From: an uncultured Candidatus Saccharibacteria bacterium
GTDB taxonomy: Bacteria; Patescibacteriota; Minisyncoccia; Phycocordibacterales; UBA6065
Length of the DNA stretch: 64,000 bases
Reading direction: 5' to 3'
Assembly (NCBI GenBank): GCA_964495425.1
Contig: CAZBVG010000001.1
Coordinates: 20,054-84,053 of the forward strand
The stretch's first letter is position 1; each line of letters opens with the position of its first letter. The notes under the pieces were generated by a model. That model was not told the origin of the DNA, made no database searches, and was given only the letters and a program-made list of their open reading frames with translations. Position numbers and translations under genes: made by a program. Of this stretch, positions 55,705 through 64,000 are shown in pieces.

Positions 55705-57132
55705 CTATTCTACCTCACCTAAGAATTTTTTTCCGAGTGTAAAGAGGATATCTTCACGACCACATGGGGACGTAAGCTGCACGCCAATTGGGAGTTTTTT
55801 GCCATCAACCATCTTTTCACCCGCTGGGATAGATACTGCTGGAGCACCAATAAGATTTGCAGTTACGGTAAAGATGTCTTCAAGATACATTGCAACCGGA
55901 TCAGAAGTTTTTTCACCTATTTTAAAAGCAGGTGCAGGTGCTGTAGGGGTAATAATTGCATCCACTTTTTCAAAAGCTTTCGCAAAATCAGCCTTAAGGA
56001 GTTCACGCACCGCAAGCGCCTTGTTGTAATACGCATCATAGTATCCCGATGATAGTACGTACGCGCCGAGCATAATGCGTCTTCGTGCTTCTGGGCCAAA
56101 ACCGGATCCGCGTGACAAAAGATAATCTTCAAGGAGGTTTGCTCCCTCTTTATGCAGACCATATTTCACTCCATCAAATCGAGAAAGATTCGTTGAGACT
56201 TCTGCAGGCATAAGGACATAGTAAACCGCGAGAGAATATTCGATGTGAGGCAGCTCGATATCTTTGATTTCATACCCTAGCTTTTTGAACGTAGAAAGTG
56301 ATTCTTCAAAAACCCTCACAACATCTTTATCGATGCCATCACCCTTAAGGAAATGTCGAGGAACACCAATTGTTTTTACTGATTTTCCTGCACCCCCTAC
56401 ATCTATAGACGTTGAATCCATCCGATCCTTACCTTTCATTGCGTTAAAGAGAATCTCCGCGTCAGAGACGGTCTTTGTAGCAGGACCAATGACATCAAGG
56501 GATGAACCCATAGCCATAAGACCGTGTCGAGAAATAGAGCCGTACGTTGGTTTTAAACCCACAATACCGCACAAAGATGCTGGCTGGCGCACTGAGCCAC
56601 CTGTATCAGATCCAAGCGCTGCAAGTGCCATATTTCCCGCTACAGCGGCAATTGAACCACCTGATGAACCACCAGGAACACGGGAATGATCGTGAGGATT
56701 TTTTGTAAGACCGTACGCAGAATTTTCTGTAGATCCACCCATAGCAAACTCATCCATATTTACACGACCCAAAAAGACAACACCTGCATCTTTAAGTTTT
56801 TTAATAGCTGTCGCGTCATACGGTGCAACATAGTTTTCAAGAATTTTTGATGCAGAAGAAGCCTTTCTTCCTTCAATCAAAATATTGTCTTTGACAGCGA
56901 TCGGAATACCAGCAAGCATATTACCCTTCTGCACCTTCTTTTGAGCTGCATCGGCCTGCTTCAATACGTCGTCAAAAACTTCAAGATACGCATGAATATC
57001 ACCGTCTTTCTTTTTTATCTCATCTAGATAGGCCTTGCAGAGATCACGAACAGTATAATCACCCTTAACAAGGGCTGCGTGCGCTTTTTCAATGGTAAGT
57101 GTTGTAAGATCGATCATATTATTGTGAGCCAC
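55705..57132 (-). CDS. gatA: Asp-tRNA(Asn)/Glu-tRNA(Gln) amidotransferase subunit A
   Basis: Amidase signature GGSSGGSIAAVA with the Ser-cisSer-Lys triad context. Confidence 0.9.
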   Translation of the reverse strand: MAHNNMIDLTTLTIEKAHAALVKGDYTVRDLCKAYLDEIKKKDGDIHAYLEVFDDVLKQADAAQKKVQKGNMLAGIPIAVKDNILIEGRKASSASKILENYVAPYDATAIKKLKDAGVVFLGRVNMDEFAMGGSTENSAYGLTKNPHDHSRVPGGSSGGSIAAVAGNMALAALGSDTGGSVRQPASLCGIVGLKPTYGSISRHGLMAMGSSLDVIGPATKTVSDAEILFNAMKGKDRMDSTSIDVGGAGKSVKTIGVPRHFLKGDGIDKDVVRVFEESLSTFKKLGYEIKDIELPHIEYSLAVYYVLMPAEVSTNLSRFDGVKYGLHKEGANLLEDYLLSRGSGFGPEARRRIMLGAYVLSSGYYDAYYNKALAVRELLKADFAKAFEKVDAIITPTAPAPAFKIGEKTSDPVAMYLEDIFTVTANLIGAPAVSIPAGEKMVDGKKLPIGVQLTSPCGREDILFTLGKKFLGEVE

Positions 57133-57424
57133 CCAAAATCTTTTTTACTTTCACATATAAACCGTCTTTGGTTTTCTCATGCTTTGGCGCGAGGTTAATG
57201 AGTTTTTCTGTGTACTCACCTCCAGGCAATGGATTCACGTCTTCTCGAAGCACATTTTTATTTACCGACATGACAGGTCCATGTTCTACTCCTTTAGCTG
57301 ACTTGAGCTTATCTACATATGCCAAAATAGCCCCCATATCCTTCTGCATACGGGTAATTTCGTCTTCAGAGAGCTTGAGACGAGAGAGATGTGCGAGTTT
57401 TATAACTTCTTCGCGGGTAATCAT
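57119..57424 (-). CDS. gatC: Asp-tRNA(Asn)/Glu-tRNA(Gln) amidotransferase subunit C
   Basis: 101 aa with EEVIKLAHLSRLKLSEDE typical of GatC. Overlaps the gatA start. Confidence 0.85.
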   Translation of the reverse strand: MITREEVIKLAHLSRLKLSEDEITRMQKDMGAILAYVDKLKSAKGVEHGPVMSVNKNVLREDVNPLPGGEYTEKLINLAPKHEKTKDGLYVKVKKILGGSQ

Positions 57425-57459
57425 AAGATGTAGGTTTTCACTATAGCAAATTCACTAAA

Positions 57460-59472
<2,013 letters not shown>

Positions 59473-59523
59473 TTAAGATTACGGCGTTTAAGGTAAAAGC
59501 GGAAGGGCCGAGCAATGGTCGAA

Positions 59524-60045
59524 TTAGTAGTGGACCTGGAGACCTCGTTCCACCTTATTTGGATCTGTACTTGCACAATCCATGTTGTAACCTCGTGAAT
59601 CTATATCAGTTTTTACGATTCCGCCTACTAATGTTTTAGAAACAGTAACAATTGCACAATATGGCGCTGAGTTACCCAAATAATCCCTGTTCGGAATACT
59701 TACATTAAACCGTGTTGCTGCATACGAAGGTGTTCGTGCACCAACGAAATTATCGATAGTAATTGCCTGGCCAACGCAATCAGGATTAGCAGGCACAGCT
59801 GTTCGTGGGTTAGATGATGTAGCAAAAATATCTACACCTTTTGCATCCCAGTAGAGTGCACACTCCGCTCCGGTATCTGCAGCATAAAACGCAAATTGAG
59901 ATTCACGTCCCGATGAAGATAAAATGAGTTCCTTGAGCGTGAGATTAAAAATAGAAATACCAATCGAGAGGAGCACACTAGAAATAAGCACTGCGAAAAG
60001 TAGTGCAAATCCCTTGTTATTTGAAGTGTGAGTAGTGTTTTTCAT
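59524..60045 (-). CDS. pilin-like (pseudopilin/minor pilin) protein
   Basis: Start at the internal ATG. N-terminus MKNTTHTSNNKG/FALLFAVLISSVLL is a degenerate prepilin leader plus hydrophobic helix. Confidence 0.55.
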   Translation of the reverse strand: MKNTTHTSNNKGFALLFAVLISSVLLSIGISIFNLTLKELILSSSGRESQFAFYAADTGAECALYWDAKGVDIFATSSNPRTAVPANPDCVGQAITIDNFVGARTPSYAATRFNVSIPNRDYLGNSAPYCAIVTVSKTLVGGIVKTDIDSRGYNMDCASTDPNKVERGLQVHY

Positions 60046-60046
60046 A

Positions 60047-60613
60047 TTAGTAATTGAAAATATGCTCACGAATGGTAAACGTTCTCGTCGGTGTAAACAA
60101 ATTGGTATTCCATGAAATCGTAACAGCAATTTCGGCCTCTTTAGGAGAATTCGGGGTGCTTATAGATATTGTTCGGGTGAATTTTGTTTGCTGCCAGCCA
60201 CTTCCATATCCATAAATACCTTCTGTTGTATCAAAGAGAAGCGGCTGACATCCTGAAAGCGGACACGAGAGAATTGCCTGTGGATTAGTAAACGGATCCG
60301 AATATCGCGCATCAATCGTACATTTTTCGCCCGCGCCCGTATCAAAACACAGTGAGAGTCCATCGAGCCATCCTGCACTACCGGTTATACGATTGGTATC
60401 ACGCATGTTTCGAATGTACTCCACAGCTTCCTGTGCGAGATAAAAAGCGGTGATCTGATCTCGTGCATATATTGCAGATGCTACTCCCTTTTGAGCAATC
60501 ATGAGAGGTGCAGTAACTGAAATCGCCAAAATCGAAATTGCCACCATACCTTCAATCAAGGTAAAGCCCTTTGTATTTCCCTTATCCTTAAATATTCGTG
60601 AGATACATTTCAT
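60047..60613 (-). CDS. type IV pilin-like protein (prepilin-type N-terminal cleavage/methylation domain)
   Basis: KGFTLIEGMVAISILAI. Confidence 0.7.
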   Translation of the reverse strand: MKCISRIFKDKGNTKGFTLIEGMVAISILAISVTAPLMIAQKGVASAIYARDQITAFYLAQEAVEYIRNMRDTNRITGSAGWLDGLSLCFDTGAGEKCTIDARYSDPFTNPQAILSCPLSGCQPLLFDTTEGIYGYGSGWQQTKFTRTISISTPNSPKEAEIAVTISWNTNLFTPTRTFTIREHIFNY

Positions 60614-60617
60614 AAAA

Positions 60618-61193
60618 TTATAAATCTAGAGCACGCTGCGATACCGTTGTCTGAATATTAAAATCAGATTTTGAATTACCCGCCCCTGAATATCCAGAGA
60701 TAGTAAATACGACCTTTGGCTGCTTTCCATCTGAATTTCCCGTACCGATTACGTAAAATTTAAGATCTGTAATTGTTATTTCTTCTGCCGTAATTGGATA
60801 TGTTGAAGGTGATGTACCGTAAATTCGCTTCTCAATTCGCCCTCCAGAAAGCGCATATTCTATCTGATCATTGTTATCAAGCGGATCGTAAAAACTATCA
60901 CCATCAACATCACGATTCGCTTTGTACAAAAATCGAGCTCCGGGAGAAATTGGGCAATCGCCTGATCCATCACACGCGTACCGCGTGCCAACACGAATGT
61001 CCCTCATCATGCTTTCAAGTGCAAAATTAAGGTTCGTCATTACAGATTTAAGACTATGGCTCTTTCGGTTTGCTTCGATAACTGAAAACACAGCACCTGT
61101 CGCAACGAGCATCACGATAGAAAAAATAGACATCGACACGAGTACCTCGATGAGAGTAAAACCTGAGTTAGATTTTTTTGAATAGTATTTCAT
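60618..61193 (-). CDS. type IV pilin-like protein
   Basis: SGFTLIEVLVSMSIFSIV. Confidence 0.7.
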   Translation of the reverse strand: MKYYSKKSNSGFTLIEVLVSMSIFSIVMLVATGAVFSVIEANRKSHSLKSVMTNLNFALESMMRDIRVGTRYACDGSGDCPISPGARFLYKANRDVDGDSFYDPLDNNDQIEYALSGGRIEKRIYGTSPSTYPITAEEITITDLKFYVIGTGNSDGKQPKVVFTISGYSGAGNSKSDFNIQTTVSQRALDL

Positions 61194-61198
61194 ACGTA

Positions 61199-61825
61199 TT
61201 AATCACATACAGGGCTAGCGTTTGTAGCGACAGAAATCTGTCCCGTAGACTCGACCACCACCTTTCGTTTCGTTCCAGCACTCGGCGAAAGCACACAGAT
61301 TTCAGCTTTACCAAAACTTGTGCCATTTACTCGAATATATGCATCGGGATTAGGACGGATGAATGAAATATCCACGATCGTTGGCGTACAATCACCATCG
61401 ACGCATATTCTTGAAATTCTATTCCCTCTTTGGATGTAGAACGTTTCAACTACATTTTCGTATGAAACTCCGCATTCTGACATGTCACAATAATGATCCG
61501 GTGGAGTTCGATCTTCAAAAAGGTAATATCTGGTCGGAGTAGACATATCAAATCGCATTCCGTAGCCGGAATCGAATTTATTTGCATCCAGCGCTGTTCC
61601 CTTTACTGTAATACCGTATATCTGAGCCTGACGCACTGAAAGACCTATTTCATACGCGAGATTTGTAAGCAACACACTACCATTAAAGTCAGTGTGATTT
61701 AACACCGCAACAGAAGTCACGACAGCAAAAATCGCGATTGAGACGAGAAGTTCAACAAGTGTAAAGCCCGCATTCTTTTTAACCGGTTTATCCTGCTTTT
61801 TCGACTTGCGAAAGAAAAAACTCAT
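61199..61825 (-). CDS. type IV pilin-like protein
   Basis: AGFTLVELLVSIAIFAVV. Confidence 0.7.
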   Translation of the reverse strand: MSFFFRKSKKQDKPVKKNAGFTLVELLVSIAIFAVVTSVAVLNHTDFNGSVLLTNLAYEIGLSVRQAQIYGITVKGTALDANKFDSGYGMRFDMSTPTRYYLFEDRTPPDHYCDMSECGVSYENVVETFYIQRGNRISRICVDGDCTPTIVDISFIRPNPDAYIRVNGTSFGKAEICVLSPSAGTKRKVVVESTGQISVATNASPVCD

Positions 61826-61834
61826 ACGTATGTA

Positions 61835-62644
61835 TTATACAGCCAAAACTGAAAGAATCGCCCCCATGTTTATCCCACTTAGCCAAATGATAAGAAAACC
61901 CAAGAGTATATAGGGTCCAAAAGGAATTTCTGATTTAAAACCGAGCCCGTAATTTGTGTGAGAAAACTTTTGAATAAGAATAACGAGCAACGAAACAATC
62001 GAACCTATCCAAAATGAAAGGAGTATCGCCGCGATTCCACCTGATAGTCCTAAAAACCACCCAACCGAAAGGGCTAGCTTTGCATCACCAAGACCCATCC
62101 ACCTTCCCTTTGAGACAAACCAAAAAAAGAAAAAGAAGCAGAATAAGATGGGACCCGCAATGAGTGAATACAAATCGAGCACCCGCGTCGAATAGTACGT
62201 GACACCGATATATATTAGTGAAAGCACGGCTGCACTATACGAAAAGAGGTCAGGAATAATTTTATGTCGAAAATCATACAGACAAATAACAACGTACAAA
62301 GAAAGAAGTGCGAGAGTGATGATGCCTAAAAGTATTGGAATGAGCGCGAAATCCTGTAAAGGATTTTTAATATACGTAAGTGCAAATAAACAGCCGGTCG
62401 CAAATTCAACAATGGGATACTGCCAAGAAATAGTTGTTCCGCACTCCTTACACCTCCCTCCTTGAATAAGAAAACTAAATAAAGGAAATAGTTCTTTCCA
62501 CGTGAGTTCCTTTCCGCATGAAAAACATTTTGAGCGGCCGTGCGCAATTGATCGGCCCGTATCGAAACGCAAAATGACAACATTAAGAAAACTACCTATG
62601 ATTAAGCCTAAGATAAATAAACAGCCACAGATATACCACATCAT
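61835..62644 (-). CDS. pilD: prepilin peptidase (A24 family)
   Basis: N-terminal Cys box (CFSCGKELT...CKECG), polytopic membrane region, conserved Asp-containing loops. Confidence 0.85.
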   Translation of the reverse strand: MMWYICGCLFILGLIIGSFLNVVILRFDTGRSIAHGRSKCFSCGKELTWKELFPLFSFLIQGGRCKECGTTISWQYPIVEFATGCLFALTYIKNPLQDFALIPILLGIITLALLSLYVVICLYDFRHKIIPDLFSYSAAVLSLIYIGVTYYSTRVLDLYSLIAGPILFCFFFFFWFVSKGRWMGLGDAKLALSVGWFLGLSGGIAAILLSFWIGSIVSLLVILIQKFSHTNYGLGFKSEIPFGPYILLGFLIIWLSGINMGAILSVLAV

Positions 62645-62647
62645 GGT

Positions 62648-63058
62648 TTATCGTTGGACCTTATAATTCGCCGTAGAGCCAGAAGGTGAACTGGTGCAGT
62701 TTACTGAACCTTCCGGTGGAGTTCTCTCGAGCGTAGCACCCAGACAATATCGCGACCCAGTAACCATATATTCATAATTACCGCCCGAAGGATCGGTTGG
62801 AATTGACGGTATATACTTTTGATCAACAAGAATAGTTAATGCAGAAATATCATTACCTGGCGGATATGCTCGATTAACATCATGATAAAGAGCCAAGCCA
62901 ATTTGAATAGTACGAAGATCGCCAAGTCGAGCTTCATCACGCGCCTTCTGTCGCGCTGCTTCAGATGAAGCAACTACTATGGTTGCAAGAAAACCGAGTA
63001 TCACAATAATGATAATAACTTCAACAAGTGAAAATCCTTTCTGATGTGTTTGTGACAT
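62648..63058 (-). CDS. type IV pilin
   Basis: KGFSLVEVIIIIVILGFLA prepilin N-terminus. 136 aa. Confidence 0.75.
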   Translation of the reverse strand: MSQTHQKGFSLVEVIIIIVILGFLATIVVASSEAARQKARDEARLGDLRTIQIGLALYHDVNRAYPPGNDISALTILVDQKYIPSIPTDPSGGNYEYMVTGSRYCLGATLERTPPEGSVNCTSSPSGSTANYKVQR

Positions 63059-63071
63059 TCAATAAAACAAA

Positions 63072-63509
63072 TTATGGGCAGACACCAGCAGCTGCAGTAG
63101 AATCCTTATAATTACCCGAATTATCTATACACCAAGCACCGCCGCCTCGTAGAGGACTCACAGACAAAGCCCATTGTTTACCCCCGTTTGATGTAGAGCA
63201 TGTAAATGTTGCTGCCGGTGCCGCATCAAGCAATATTCCGGCTTTTATCTCTACCATCTGTGGATCAGCAAAAACACCACTCGTGCAATCCGCCACATCT
63301 GTCGTTGCACCCAAGCCGGTTCCGAATCCCCCGTTCTCATTAAAATATATCTCTGCCTGAGCAAATACTTGTCTAAAACTTGCCTTGAGAGCACCGTCTG
63401 CACCTTTTGCTCGCGCACTGATTAGCGATGTTGAAACAAAGGCTGCAAGCAAAGCAATAATTGCGATTACAACAAGAAGTTCTACGATGGTGAAGCCTTT
63501 AGTGCGCAT
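63072..63509 (-). CDS. type IV pilin (PilA-like)
   Basis: MRTKGFTIVELLVVIAIIALLAA with a C-terminal Cys pair. Confidence 0.8.
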   Translation of the reverse strand: MRTKGFTIVELLVVIAIIALLAAFVSTSLISARAKGADGALKASFRQVFAQAEIYFNENGGFGTGLGATTDVADCTSGVFADPQMVEIKAGILLDAAPAATFTCSTSNGGKQWALSVSPLRGGGAWCIDNSGNYKDSTAAAGVCP

Positions 63510-63553
63510 TGGGATGCATTAAATGATATAGGCCCATTATAGCAACAAAATAA

Positions 63554-63585
63554 AACCGCCCGCTAGCAAGCGGACGGTTTTATGT
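63554..63585. terminator. hairpin AAACCGCCCGC-tagcaa-GCGGACGGTTT with A/T flanks
   Basis: Imperfect 9-bp stem between two pilin genes. Confidence 0.55.
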
Positions 63586-63593
63586 GGAAAAGA

Positions 63594-64000
63594 CTAGTTA
63601 CAAACTCCAGCTCCTACGTTGTTAGCAGGTGTTGAGTTCCATGAGATCTGCTTTGCTACACCTGAAGATGAGATGCAGTATCCCAAAGACGTGTCGCTCT
63701 TAAGTCGAGCTGCAACTGTGTAATAACCGGTACCTGCACCGCAAGCAATTGTACCTGCCTGTGCATATACTGATGTGATTGCTGCCTTAACAGTTGGGTC
63801 AGAAATAACTGATGTTGCCGCACCTGTGCATGAAGCATCAGATGTTGTTGCAAGAGTACCGTAGCTTGAGCTGTTGTTATCGTAGTAAAGCTCAGCCTGT
63901 GCTCGCATGTTGTTAAGACCAGACTTGATTGCTGCATCTGCACCCTTGTTTCGTGCTGTTGAAAGTGAAGCCAATACAACAGATGAGAGGATACCGATGA
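63594..64000 (-). CDS. type IV pilin, 5' end beyond window
   Basis: The reading frame continues upstream of the listed TTG as ...IGILSSVVLASLSTARNKG, a typical pilin N-terminal helix. C-terminal Cys pair. Confidence 0.7.
   Translation of the reverse strand, partial: IGILSSVVLASLSTARNKGADAAIKSGLNNMRAQAELYYDNNSSSYGTLATTSDASCTGAATSVISDPTVKAAITSVYAQAGTIACGAGTGYYTVAARLKSDTSLGYCISSSGVAKQISWNSTPANNVGAGVCN

Noticed and set aside
63656-63979. 107-aa minus ORF
   Set aside because: Alternate frame within the terminal pilin gene. Gln/His/Leu-rich with no motif.

Overview
This 64-kb window appears to come from a small-genome, Patescibacteria/CPR-like bacterium. Supporting signs are low GC judged by eye, a mostly minus-strand gene array, frequent genes without a Shine-Dalgarno sequence, sigma factors followed by DUF5667-like membrane proteins, and many type IV pilin paralogs next to a PilD prepilin peptidase. 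Roughly the first 20 kb and the last 32 kb are syntenic housekeeping. Recognisable genes include lexA with a Cheo-type SOS box, a cyclophilin PPIase, an ABC-F ATPase, a DEAD-box helicase, a PIF1-like helicase, a seven-gene array of small VOC/SRPBCC/DUF1801 proteins, a metzincin-PKD protease, two ECF sigma/anti-sigma pairs, a cellulose-synthase-like GT2 flanked by GH6 and GH8 glucanases, ftsEX, prfB, nfi, gatCA, ligA and five tRNAs. Between about 20.1 and 30.9 kb sits a mosaic, higher-GC accessory block integrated beside tRNA-Gln. It has tandem tRNA 3' fragments, a packaging-module remnant (ParB-methyltransferase fusion, small terminase, truncated large terminase), a large serine recombinase, a TrmB-like regulator, an orphan receiver-like protein, a three-gene operon of unknown proteins behind a perfect palindromic operator, and two small genes that share a duplicated promoter and 5'UTR module with a covarying hairpin. 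Other candidates are a promoter-to-terminator structured RNA upstream of prfB, a PEP-CTERM-type protein with no exosortase in the window, and several short structured intergenic elements. No CRISPR array or rRNA was found.
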